Below are positions 39,277-48,847 of a stretch of 48,932 nt of DNA, in pieces. The DNA comes from an uncultured Bacilli bacterium. Lineage in GTDB: Bacteria > Bacillota_I > Bacilli_A > RF39 > UBA660. Numbering within the stretch: position 1 is the first letter of the stretch; each line of letters opens with the position of its first letter. The translations under genes and the position numbers were made by a program. The stretch covers positions 1 to 48,932 of the forward strand of contig CANRAH010000012.1 in the NCBI GenBank assembly GCA_947628565.1, written 5' to 3'. The notes below the pieces were generated by a model that saw only the letters and a program-made list of their open reading frames with translations, was not told where the DNA came from and did no database searches.

Positions 39277-40443
39277 ATGGGAAAAAAAGAATTTAATTTT
39301 GATGAAAATATTGAAGATATGGACGTAAATGAATTTGATTATAATTCAATAAGTGGATTAGGCGAGAGTGATTATGAAAATGAGGATTTATTTTCTATAG
39401 ATCCTGTTGGTAATTATGATCCTGATGATGGAGTTATAAATTATGAGAATAATGATTATTCGCCACTTAAAGAAGATTATGATTATAGTATTGATACTAG
39501 TGATATGAGTGACTATTATGGAAATTTTGATTTTGATGATGAAAATGATCAAACAGATGAAGAAAATGTTGATTTAGAAAATAAAGAAGAAAATGATAAT
39601 GATAATAAAGATAATGATTCAAGTGATGAACAATCTCATGAAGATTATGAAAATGAAGATGAGAAACAAAGTGACGATGATATAAGTGATGATGAAGAGT
39701 CAAATGATTTAGAAGAAGTTAAGATAGATGAGTTTCAAGATGATGAAGAAAATACAGATGATAATGGTGATGAACAATCAGATGACAATAAATCAATAGA
39801 TAATTTAAATACTAAATCATTATCAGATACACCTATTAATGAGCTTGATAAATTAACTGAATATAAAGAAGAGAAAATTGATAATACTGATATAAAAGCA
39901 CTTTTTGATAGAGTAAGTGTAAATGTAAAAGATGCATCAGAAATATTTAAGAAAAATTCTGAAATGAAAGATAAAATAGATTCAAGATTTGAAGAATTAA
40001 AGAAATTGCAATCTGAACTTGAAAATGCTAAATCAAGACAAATTGATGAAGTAAATCGCTATAAAGATGAAGTGTTGGAAAAATTAACTGAAAAGAAAAA
40101 TCAAATAGAGAAAAGATTAAATTTACTTAAAGATTTACAAGCTAATTTAGAAAAAGAAAAAGCTGAATTTGAACAATATAAAAAGGACGAACAAGAAAAA
40201 ATAAATAAAATAGAAAAAGATGTTCAAGAAGCATACGATGAAAGAAGAGAAGAGTTAAATAGAATCGAAGATTCATTAAGAGAACAAAAAGATTCTTTAG
40301 ATGAGCAAAGAAATCAATTGAGTTTAGACAAGATTCAATATGAGGCAGATAAAAATGAGCTTGCTAATAATTTACTTAAATTTAATGAACTTGTTGATTC
40401 TTTTACAAGTGGAGTTAATAATATAAAACCAGATGAAGAGTAA
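39277..40443 (+). CDS. hypothetical protein: hyperacidic D/E/N-rich N-terminal half + coiled-coil C-terminal half
   Basis: About 180 aa with >40% D/E then coiled coil paralogous to 38591 gene. Confidence 0.4.
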   Translation: MGKKEFNFDENIEDMDVNEFDYNSISGLGESDYENEDLFSIDPVGNYDPDDGVINYENNDYSPLKEDYDYSIDTSDMSDYYGNFDFDDENDQTDEENVDLENKEENDNDNKDNDSSDEQSHEDYENEDEKQSDDDISDDEESNDLEEVKIDEFQDDEENTDDNGDEQSDDNKSIDNLNTKSLSDTPINELDKLTEYKEEKIDNTDIKALFDRVSVNVKDASEIFKKNSEMKDKIDSRFEELKKLQSELENAKSRQIDEVNRYKDEVLEKLTEKKNQIEKRLNLLKDLQANLEKEKAEFEQYKKDEQEKINKIEKDVQEAYDERREELNRIEDSLREQKDSLDEQRNQLSLDKIQYEADKNELANNLLKFNELVDSFTSGVNNIKPDEE

Positions 40444-40503
40444 AAAACTCTTTTTCTTTACAATAAAATCTTTTGGTGATATAATTTATTCAGATGATAA
40501 GAT

Positions 40504-41394
40504 ATGAAAGATTATATATTAAAATTCTTAGAAGAATTAAAATATGAAAAAAATTATTCTGATTTAACAATAAATGGTTATTTAAAAGATTTAAATTTAT
40601 TTTTAGAGTATCTAAATGAAAATAATTTTAAATCGTATAAAGAAATAGAATATCAAGATATCAGAAATTATATAAATTATTTGTACGAACTCAAATATAA
40701 CACAAAAACAATTTCAAGGCATATAAGTTCAATCAGAAGTTTTTTTAAGTATTTAAAAGTAAATAATATTATATATAATAATCCTTGCGTGTTAGTTTCA
40801 AATCCTAAATTGCAAAAGAAATTACCAAAATATTTGAATTTTAATGATATTGAAAAATTATTATGTGCATTTGAAAACGATAGCACTATTGGAATTAGAA
40901 ATTCATTAATTTTAGAACTTCTTTATTCGACAGGAATGCGTGTTAGTGAAATTATAAATATAAGTATTAAAGATATATCATTAAGTGAAAAAACGATAAA
41001 AATTAATGGAAAAGGTAATAAAGAAAGATTAGTTTATTTTGGCAGTAGAGCAAAAGTACTTTTAGAAAAATATTTATCTAAAGCTTATCATAATCTTAAT
41101 AATAATAATTTAGATTATTTGCTTTTAAGTAAAACAGGGAAAAAAATAACAGATAGAGAAATTAGATTTGTTGTAGATGGCGCAGCTCAAATTGCACATA
41201 TACCATTTAAAGTATCGCCACACGTCTTAAGACATACTTTTGCGACTCATATGCTTCAAGATGGTGCTGATTTAAGGAGCGTTCAAGAATTACTTGGACA
41301 TTCCAATCTTTCTACTACACAAATATATACTCATTTAACGAATGAAACAATAAGAAATACTTATTTAAATGCGCATCCTAGAGCTAGGAGGTAA
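40504..41394 (+). CDS. tyrosine recombinase, XerC/XerD family
   Basis: N-terminal SAM-like core-binding domain; catalytic R...HxLRHTFATH...Y (TQIYTHL) motifs. Confidence 0.8.
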   Translation: MKDYILKFLEELKYEKNYSDLTINGYLKDLNLFLEYLNENNFKSYKEIEYQDIRNYINYLYELKYNTKTISRHISSIRSFFKYLKVNNIIYNNPCVLVSNPKLQKKLPKYLNFNDIEKLLCAFENDSTIGIRNSLILELLYSTGMRVSEIINISIKDISLSEKTIKINGKGNKERLVYFGSRAKVLLEKYLSKAYHNLNNNNLDYLLLSKTGKKITDREIRFVVDGAAQIAHIPFKVSPHVLRHTFATHMLQDGADLRSVQELLGHSNLSTTQIYTHLTNETIRNTYLNAHPRARR

Positions 41395-41395
41395 T

Positions 41396-41974
41396 ATGGC
41401 AAAATTATATTTTAGATATGGTGCAATGAATTGTGGTAAAACAACTGCCTTACTTCAGGTTGCGCACAACTATGAAGAAAAAAATTTAAAAATAATTATA
41501 ATTAAACCAACCATTGATAAAAAAGGACAAGATAAAATAGTATCAAGACTTGGAATAGAAAGAAAAGTAGATGTGCTGTTAGATAAAGAAGATAGTATTT
41601 TAAAAAAAATTAATTTAGAATCTATTAGTTGTATTTTAGTAGACGAAGTACAGTTCATGAATAAAAAACAAATTGAAGAGTTATGGCTTATTTCTAAACT
41701 TAAGGATATTCCTGTAATATGTTATGGCCTTAAAACTAATTTTAAAGGAGAGTTATTTGAAGGCTCAAAAACTTTATTTGCTCTTGCCGACGAACTTGAT
41801 GAACTTATCACAATTTGTCCTTGTGGTAAAAGAGCTAAATTTAATGCAAGAATAATAAATGGTAAATATACTTTAACTGGTGAAGAAGTTGCAATTGATA
41901 ACATAGATGCAAAATATGAATCATTGTGTGGTAAATGTTATATTGAAAAAGTATTAAAGAAAAATATCAAGTAA
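41396..41974 (+). CDS. tdk: thymidine kinase
   Basis: P-loop GAMNCGKTT and C-terminal zinc ribbon CPCG...CGKC; start/stop overlap with recombinase gene. Confidence 0.85.
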   Translation: MAKLYFRYGAMNCGKTTALLQVAHNYEEKNLKIIIIKPTIDKKGQDKIVSRLGIERKVDVLLDKEDSILKKINLESISCILVDEVQFMNKKQIEELWLISKLKDIPVICYGLKTNFKGELFEGSKTLFALADELDELITICPCGKRAKFNARIINGKYTLTGEEVAIDNIDAKYESLCGKCYIEKVLKKNIK

Positions 41975-42086
41975 TTTTACTTGATATTTAATATATAAAA
42001 GTGTAAATTTTATATAAATTTAATTTCACTGATTTACTTATTTTTAATATTGTGGTATATTTATAATAGGAAGGAGATATGAAAAT

Positions 42087-43376
42087 ATGAAGAAAAAATA
42101 TTATGGGTTTTTGATGGCCTTAGCACTTTTATTTGCTTTTAATGCCAAAGTATCAGCTACTGAAGTAAGTGCTGAAGAGACAATATCTAGTAAATTAGCT
42201 AGTGCTAGCGATGGTATTCTTGAAGTGGCTGAAGGTACATTTACAGAAAGTACAATAGCTATAACTGAAGATATGACTATTAAAGGAGCTGGAAAGGATA
42301 AGACAATAATAACTGGAAAAATAACAGTTGATGGAGATGCTAAACTTACACTTGAAAATGTTACAATAAAATCAGGTGATACTGAAGCTAAGACAATAAG
42401 TTTAACTAATGGCGCTGATTTAGAAGTTAAAAATAGTATAATCTATAGCAATAATGAGGATTCTATCGATTTTACTGGTAATAGTTCTGGTATATATGCT
42501 GAAGGTGATTCTACAATCGATGTAATTTCAACTACAATATATGCTAAATATGCTATTTATGCTAAAGGTGGAAATAATGAAATCAATATTAAAGATAATA
42601 GTAGTATAAATGGATATGCAGCTGTTGATGTTTCAAATGGTATAGATGGAGAAGTTGTAGAAGGAAATAAGGTTACAATTGATTCTTCAACACTTACAGG
42701 TTATAATGAAACTGGTGAAGGACAAAATGATTACGGTACTATAGTTTTTGGGGCTCAAAAAGGTTTAAAACTAAATATTACAAAATCTACAATTACTAAT
42801 AGTGTTACGGGTGATTCTAAAGAAGATTTGATTCTATTTTCCGATGCATATAATTTATCTTCTGAAACTGAAATTGAGATAACTGATTCAACATTAAAAA
42901 ATACGGATAATGAAAAAGGAAGTGTAATCTATAATTTAGGTGAAACTGATTCAGTATCAACTAATATTATAGCAGTTTCAAATAGCGAAACAGAAGGTAA
43001 AGAATATGCTGATGATGGAGAAAGTATATATATTACTTTGTCAACTGTAGAAGGCGATATTGTTACTTTATTTAAAAAAGATACAATAAATGAAACTTTA
43101 GAAGCATTTTTAGATGTGATGAGTAAATCATTAAACGATGATGAATACATATTTGAAGGATATTATATTGATGATAAATATGAAAATAAGTTTAACGTTG
43201 AAGATGAAATTACTGAAAACACAAAAATATATATGAAAGTTTCAGAGAAAAAAGCTGAAGAAGTTGATGCTCCAAATACTTTTGATGGCATTACATCATA
43301 TATATTAATTGGCATAATATCATTTGTTGCTTGCTTATCTTTAGGTTTATTATTTAAGAAAAAATTAGAAAATTAA
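42087..43376 (+). CDS. cell-surface protein: signal peptide, beta-helix-like repeat domain, C-terminal TM anchor
   Basis: N-terminal MKKKYYGFLMALALLFAFNAKVSA signal; repetitive T/S/N/G-rich beta strands; C-terminal ITSYILIGIISFVACLSLGLLFKKK. Confidence 0.45.
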   Translation: MKKKYYGFLMALALLFAFNAKVSATEVSAEETISSKLASASDGILEVAEGTFTESTIAITEDMTIKGAGKDKTIITGKITVDGDAKLTLENVTIKSGDTEAKTISLTNGADLEVKNSIIYSNNEDSIDFTGNSSGIYAEGDSTIDVISTTIYAKYAIYAKGGNNEINIKDNSSINGYAAVDVSNGIDGEVVEGNKVTIDSSTLTGYNETGEGQNDYGTIVFGAQKGLKLNITKSTITNSVTGDSKEDLILFSDAYNLSSETEIEITDSTLKNTDNEKGSVIYNLGETDSVSTNIIAVSNSETEGKEYADDGESIYITLSTVEGDIVTLFKKDTINETLEAFLDVMSKSLNDDEYIFEGYYIDDKYENKFNVEDEITENTKIYMKVSEKKAEEVDAPNTFDGITSYILIGIISFVACLSLGLLFKKKLEN

Positions 43377-43432
43377 AAGAACAGAAATGTTCTTTTTTTA
43401 TATCAATAAAATAAAATTATATAGGTGATATT

Positions 43433-43672
43433 TTGAATATTGTAAATGGTATTAGAGCATATATTGAAGACAATGAACTTAAAATAACAATATTTGATAA
43501 TAAGATTAATATCTTGAATTATAGTGATATAGGGCATTTTGATGCAAATAAAATAGTAGTTAAAACAAAATTAAAAGATATTATAATTAAAGGGAATAAT
43601 TTAGTAGTTAGTAAACTTTTAAAAGATGAAATATTAATATCAGGAGAATTTAATAACATAGAATTTAGGTGA
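43433..43672 (+). CDS. yqfC: YabP/YqfC-family sporulation protein
   Basis: 79 aa; position immediately upstream of yqfD as in Bacillus; family-typical length and beta-rich sequence. Confidence 0.6.
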   Translation: MNIVNGIRAYIEDNELKITIFDNKINILNYSDIGHFDANKIVVKTKLKDIIIKGNNLVVSKLLKDEILISGEFNNIEFR

Positions 43673-44862
43673 TAATTTTGAAAAACTATGTACTATATTT
43701 AATAAAAAGTAAAATTGATATTAGAGTAAAAGGAAATAATATAGAAAGGTTTATAAAACGCCTAAAAAGTAACAATATAGAAATTCTTAATATAAAATAT
43801 ATTAATAAATGTGAAATAATTATTAAAATATATAAAGATGATTATGAAAATATAGAAAAAATTAAAACAATTTATGAAATAAGTATATTAAATTATTTTG
43901 GTTTAACAAAATTAAAAAATAATTTATCTAATAATAAATTTATAATCATTTTTATTTTTATCGCACTAGTTTCATTAAATATTTTAACTAGTTTAATTTT
44001 TGATATTGAAATTGTAACTAACGATTCTAAGATGAAGAAAATTCTTATAAATGAACTTGAAGATTATGGAGTAAAAAAATATAAATTTAAAAAAAGTTAT
44101 GTAGATCTTCAACGTTTAAAAAATGAAATATTAAATAAATATAAAGATAAAATAGATTGGATTGAAATAGAAAATATAGGAACAAAGTACATTGTCAGAT
44201 ATGAACCAAGAATAGAAAATATTATAGAAGAAAAAACTCCATTTAGAAATATAGTAGCTAAAAAAGATGCTTTGATAATAGACATGGATATTTCAGATGG
44301 TCAAATTATAAAAAATAAAAATATGTATGTAAAAAAAGGTGATGTGATAGTAAGTGGATATATAAAATTAAATGATCAAATAAAAGATACTGTAAGTGCA
44401 AAAGGCGAAGTTTATGGTGAAGTTTGGTATAATGTTGAAGTAACATATCCATATAAATATTATGAAAATATAGAAACAGGTAATAAAAAAAATGTGTTTG
44501 TCATCAAATTTTTAAATAAAGAAATTGAATTATTTAATTTTAAAAAATATACTACAAAAAATGTAATTAACAATATAATACTTAAAAATAATCTTTTGCC
44601 AATATCATTTATATATCAAAATCAAAAAGAAACTAATCAAAAAATAGAAAATAATACAGAAGATGAAGCAATTAAGAAAGCAATAGATATAGCAAACAAA
44701 AAAATAAATGATAAATTGAATAATGATGAGTATATTAAAGATTATAAAATACTGAATAAAACTACTAATAAGGATTCAGTAACTCTTAATATATTTTATA
44801 CAGTAGTTTTAAATATAACTAGCTATGAGCAAATAGATGAATATGAATCTTTAGAAGAATAA
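43669..44862 (+). CDS. yqfD: stage IV sporulation protein YqfD
   Basis: 397 aa, N-terminal IRVKGNNIERFIKRL motif, central TM segment; GTG start overlapping yqfC stop. Confidence 0.65.
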   Translation: MIILKNYVLYLIKSKIDIRVKGNNIERFIKRLKSNNIEILNIKYINKCEIIIKIYKDDYENIEKIKTIYEISILNYFGLTKLKNNLSNNKFIIIFIFIALVSLNILTSLIFDIEIVTNDSKMKKILINELEDYGVKKYKFKKSYVDLQRLKNEILNKYKDKIDWIEIENIGTKYIVRYEPRIENIIEEKTPFRNIVAKKDALIIDMDISDGQIIKNKNMYVKKGDVIVSGYIKLNDQIKDTVSAKGEVYGEVWYNVEVTYPYKYYENIETGNKKNVFVIKFLNKEIELFNFKKYTTKNVINNIILKNNLLPISFIYQNQKETNQKIENNTEDEAIKKAIDIANKKINDKLNNDEYIKDYKILNKTTNKDSVTLNIFYTVVLNITSYEQIDEYESLEE

Positions 44863-44922
44863 TATAAAATCACTTGAAAAAATATTATCTTTATAATATA
44901 ATTGTATTGTTAGGAGTACATT

Positions 44923-45369
44923 ATGAATTACTTTGAAATTATTAATGAAACTGATGAAAATCCTGAAGAACTTAATACTTTAAAAGATTTGGTAGATTAT
45001 ACTTTAAAATATCAAAATATAATTAATTCTATATTAAATATTATAATAGTTGATGAAGAAAAAATAAAATATCTTAATAAAACATATAGAAATAAAGATA
45101 GTGTTACCGATGTAATAAGTTTTGCTCTTGAGGATGATGATACGTTTATAAAAACAGAATATAAAGTACTTGGAGATATATATATATGTTTAAATAGGGC
45201 GAAAATGCAAGCTGTTGAATATAACCATAGTTTAAAAAGGGAACTATCTTTTTTAACGGTACATGGAATTCTTCATTTACTTGGATATGATCACATGAAT
45301 GAAAAAGATGAAAAGGTTATGTTTGAACTTCAAAAGGAGATTTTAGATAGTTATGGGATCAAAAGGTAA
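44923..45369 (+). CDS. ybeY: rRNA maturation endoribonuclease YbeY
   Basis: HGILHLLGYDH zinc-binding motif. Confidence 0.85.
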   Translation: MNYFEIINETDENPEELNTLKDLVDYTLKYQNIINSILNIIIVDEEKIKYLNKTYRNKDSVTDVISFALEDDDTFIKTEYKVLGDIYICLNRAKMQAVEYNHSLKRELSFLTVHGILHLLGYDHMNEKDEKVMFELQKEILDSYGIKR

Positions 45370-45760
45370 TGTGAAAAAAAGAAATGTAAATCCATATTCC
45401 GTATATAAAACTGTTAAGAATTCTGTAAATGGAATAAAATGGTATTCAAAAGATGGGAAAAGCTTTATAATTTATATTTTTGGCGTTGTATTGGAAATAA
45501 TATTAGGATTTTTATATAAAATAAATGGCCTTGAGTGGATATTAATTATTTGTATACTTGGCGTTATTTTATCTGTAGAACTTCTAAATACTGCGATAGA
45601 AGCAGCATGCGATGCAATATCTAAAGAATATAATCCTTTAATAAAAATTGCTAAAGATTGTGGAAGTGGTGCGACTTTTGTCGTATTTGTTGTTTCAATA
45701 ATTTTAAATATAATAATATTTTTACCAAAGATAGTAAATCTTTTAGAGGCTAGTTTATGA
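45353..45760 (+). CDS. dgkA: diacylglycerol/undecaprenol kinase
   Basis: 135 aa, three TM helices, LNTAIEAACDAIS motif; overlaps ybeY 3' end. Confidence 0.7.
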   Translation: MGSKGNVKKRNVNPYSVYKTVKNSVNGIKWYSKDGKSFIIYIFGVVLEIILGFLYKINGLEWILIICILGVILSVELLNTAIEAACDAISKEYNPLIKIAKDCGSGATFVVFVVSIILNIIIFLPKIVNLLEASL

Positions 45761-45779
45761 AATTTAAGGGGGTATTGAT

Positions 45780-46667
45780 ATGAAAAGTGGTTTTGTAGGA
45801 ATAATAGGAAGACCAAATGTAGGAAAAAGTACATTAATAAATAGTATAATTGGTAGAAAAGTTTCAATAACATCTAATAAACCAGAAACGACTCGTAATA
45901 TAATTCAAGGAATTTATAATGAAGATAAAGTACAAATTATTTTTGTAGATACACCTGGTATTCATAAACCAGTAAATAAACTTGGAAAAACATTAAATAA
46001 ACAGGCTTATTACAGTATAGATGATACTGATATAATCCTTTTTTTAGTAGATGCATACGAAGGTTTAGGTAAAGGTGATATATATATATTAGATAAATTG
46101 AAAAAAATAAATAAACCTGTTATATTAGTAATAAATAAGATAGATAAGATTTCTCATGGTGAAATTTTAAATAGAATCGATGATTACAAAGATTTATATG
46201 ATTTTGCAGAAATTATACCTGTATCTGCGATGACAAAAAGTAATGTTGATGATTTAATAAATACATTGAAAAAATATTTGCCTGATAATATTAAATATTA
46301 CGGAGAAGATAGTATAACAAATAAATCTATAGACTTTTTGATGGCGGAAATTGTGAGAGAAAAAGTTTTTAATTATACTGATGAAGAAGTTCCGCATTCA
46401 ATTACTTGTACAACTGATAGCGTTGAGGTAGGTAAAACAAGTTATAATATTAGAATATCTATAATTGTTGATAGAGATTCTTTAAAAAAAATAATTATTG
46501 GTAAACAAGGGGAAATGATAAAAAAAATTGGTATAGATGCTCGCAAAGATTTAGAGCTACTACTTAATCGTAATGTTTATTTGGAGCTTTTTGTTAAAAC
46601 TGTAAAAAAGTGGAGAGAAAAAGATAAATATTTAAATGAATTTGGATTCACTGATTTTGATAAATAA
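45780..46667 (+). CDS. era: GTPase Era
   Basis: G1 GRPNVGKSTL, G3 DTPG, G4 NKID, C-terminal KH domain. Confidence 0.9.
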   Translation: MKSGFVGIIGRPNVGKSTLINSIIGRKVSITSNKPETTRNIIQGIYNEDKVQIIFVDTPGIHKPVNKLGKTLNKQAYYSIDDTDIILFLVDAYEGLGKGDIYILDKLKKINKPVILVINKIDKISHGEILNRIDDYKDLYDFAEIIPVSAMTKSNVDDLINTLKKYLPDNIKYYGEDSITNKSIDFLMAEIVREKVFNYTDEEVPHSITCTTDSVEVGKTSYNIRISIIVDRDSLKKIIIGKQGEMIKKIGIDARKDLELLLNRNVYLELFVKTVKKWREKDKYLNEFGFTDFDK

Positions 46668-46711
46668 TGTATAAAAAAAATTTTTTAGTTCAAAATTAAA
46701 TAGGTGATGAT

Positions 46712-46804
46712 ATGAAAGAATTATTATGGGTACTTTTTAAAAAAACAGGTAAAGTAGAATATTATATAAAATATAAGGAAGAAGAAAGGAAAGAAAGTAG
46801 ATAA
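46712..46804 (+). CDS. yqzL: YqzL-family small protein (30 aa)
   Basis: MKELLWVLFKKTGKVEYYIKYKEEERKESR; AGGTGATG RBS; conserved era-yqzL-recO synteny of Firmicutes. Confidence 0.5.
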   Translation: MKELLWVLFKKTGKVEYYIKYKEEERKESR

Positions 46805-46850
46805 GTTTGTTTTGTTCTACTGTGATATTAAAAATATTTAGATGTGATTT

Positions 46851-47603
46851 ATGATTATAGATGTAGAAGGAATTATAATAAATACTAAAAATTATAATGA
46901 TACTAGCAAAATACTAGATATATTTACGCTTGATTATGGTATTATAGGAGTAATTGCTAAAGGATGTAAGTCAATGAAGAGTAATTTAAGAAGTGTTGCT
47001 GAAAAGTTAACTTATGCAACCTTTACCATATACTATAAAAAAGATAAGCTTTCTATATTAAGTGAAGCAAGTGTCATAAATAATTTTTCAAACATAAAAA
47101 AAGATATAGAAAAAATAAGTTATGCAAGTTTTATTTTAGATTTATCTAATCAAGTGTATAGGCAAAGTAACGATTTAAGTATATATAATTTACTTATAAG
47201 TGCTTTAAGTAAAATAGACGAAGGATTAAATCCGTTGATTATAACAAATATAATAGAATTAAAGTATCTAGAATATTTAGGTGTTATGCCTAATTTGAAT
47301 GGATGTAGTATATGTGGATCTAAAAGTGTAATTACTTTATCAAGCGATAAAGGAGGTTTTTTGTGTAGCAAGTGCAGAGGAAATGAGCCAATTTTAAGTT
47401 CTAAAGTAATAAAATTTGTTAGAATGTATTCACTTGTTGATGTCGCATCGATATCGAAAGATTTAGTTTCAAAGTTAAGTGTTGAGGTCGATACTATAAA
47501 TAGTGTAAATAATTTTATTGATGATTATTATGATAGATATACTGGACTTTATTTAAAAAGCAAGCAATTTTTAAGAAATATTAAAAATATAAAATCTGAT
47601 TGA
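46851..47603 (+). CDS. recO: DNA repair protein RecO
   Basis: N-terminal OB fold, C-terminal Cys4 zinc motif CSICGSK...CSKCRG. Confidence 0.8.
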   Translation: MIIDVEGIIINTKNYNDTSKILDIFTLDYGIIGVIAKGCKSMKSNLRSVAEKLTYATFTIYYKKDKLSILSEASVINNFSNIKKDIEKISYASFILDLSNQVYRQSNDLSIYNLLISALSKIDEGLNPLIITNIIELKYLEYLGVMPNLNGCSICGSKSVITLSSDKGGFLCSKCRGNEPILSSKVIKFVRMYSLVDVASISKDLVSKLSVEVDTINSVNNFIDDYYDRYTGLYLKSKQFLRNIKNIKSD

Positions 47604-47659
47604 CTTAATTTATATTTTACACTATAATTATAATAGTGCATAGGTAAAGGAAGTGTAAT

Positions 47660-48433
47660 ATGAAAGTTTCTAAAAATTCATTAGTTAAAATAATTCCAAT
47701 GATTTTGCTTGTGTTAGTCGTTGGATTATCTGTGGGCTATTCTGCTTATCGTAATGAGTTAAGTATTCAAGGTGCAGGATTTTCCGTAAGAAAAATAGCA
47801 AGGAGCTTAGAAATTACAAATGTAGCTGCTAAAAATAGTATAGATGGTGCTATTTCTAATTATGAAACTTATAAAGCTAAATCAAAAATTGCAACTATAA
47901 GCACTAAAAGTATTAAGTCTTCTTCAGAGGTGCCTAATGATACATTGTTGTCTGTAGGCTTTAATTTACCTAACGAGGATTCAAAGATAACATACACAGT
48001 TACTATTGCCAATTATGGTAGTGTAGAGCTTGGATTATTTGATATAGCAGGCTTTCCAGATAATTTGGAATATACTGTAAGCAATTACGATTTACAATCT
48101 AAATTTTGCAGTTCAACTTGCAATCTTGGAATGTCAAAAGATATCGATATTACTATAGGTTATAAATCATACGATGAAAGTAAAACAACATATAATTTAA
48201 ATTTAAATTTAGATTTTAGAGAATTTAATAATATTACTTATGTAAATATAGAAAATGATGGATTACAACCATATATTATAAATGGAGGAACATTAGTTTT
48301 GGATTTTTCATCTAATCCAAAAGAAAATATTACAGTTGAAGGTGACTGTATAGTTAATTCTGGATATACATATGAAAATTATATATTAACTGTACCAAAT
48401 GTAACCAGTGATATTGTAATAAGTGCTTCTTAG
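47660..48433 (+). CDS. hypothetical exported/membrane-anchored protein
   Basis: N-terminal hydrophobic helix IIPMILLVLVVGLSVGYSA; AAAGGAAGTG RBS; adjacent to TadE-like gene. Confidence 0.4.
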   Translation: MKVSKNSLVKIIPMILLVLVVGLSVGYSAYRNELSIQGAGFSVRKIARSLEITNVAAKNSIDGAISNYETYKAKSKIATISTKSIKSSSEVPNDTLLSVGFNLPNEDSKITYTVTIANYGSVELGLFDIAGFPDNLEYTVSNYDLQSKFCSSTCNLGMSKDIDITIGYKSYDESKTTYNLNLNLDFREFNNITYVNIENDGLQPYIINGGTLVLDFSSNPKENITVEGDCIVNSGYTYENYILTVPNVTSDIVISAS

Positions 48434-48511
48434 CAAATATAAATAGATAGAAATATCTATCTTTTTTTTTAATATTTTGATATAATTATAATGATGGTAG
48501 AGTGTGATAAT

Positions 48512-48847
48512 ATGAAAAATAGAGGCCAAGCATTAGTTGAATTTATAATAGTCTTACCAATATTTCTTTTACTTGTAATGTCTTTAGTAGATTTTGGAAA
48601 TATTATTTATAAAAAATATGTTCTTGAAAATGATATCGATTTACTAGCAAAGATGTATATGAACAGTGATTATGGTAAAATGAATAGTTATGTAAAAGAT
48701 AAAAATCTGGAAATATCTTATGTAACTAAAAATGATTTATTTACAATAAATATAAAAAAAGATGTTAATATTATATCTCCAATTGTTTCATTAGCACTTG
48801 GAAAAAAATATGAGATAAACACTAGTAAGGCGTTATATTATGAATAA
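48512..48847 (+). CDS. TadE-like pilus assembly protein (minor pilin-like)
   Basis: N-terminus MKNRGQALVEFIIVLPIFLLLVMSL typical of TadE/TadG family. Confidence 0.5.
   Translation: MKNRGQALVEFIIVLPIFLLLVMSLVDFGNIIYKKYVLENDIDLLAKMYMNSDYGKMNSYVKDKNLEISYVTKNDLFTINIKKDVNIISPIVSLALGKKYEINTSKALYYE

Noticed and set aside
40504-41394. Tyrosine recombinase as marker of an integrated mobile element or integron
   Set aside because: It has a Xer-type core-binding N-domain and is flanked by housekeeping genes (priA, tdk), with no nearby att-like direct repeats, phage genes or tRNA target. Judged to be a chromosomal dimer-resolution recombinase.
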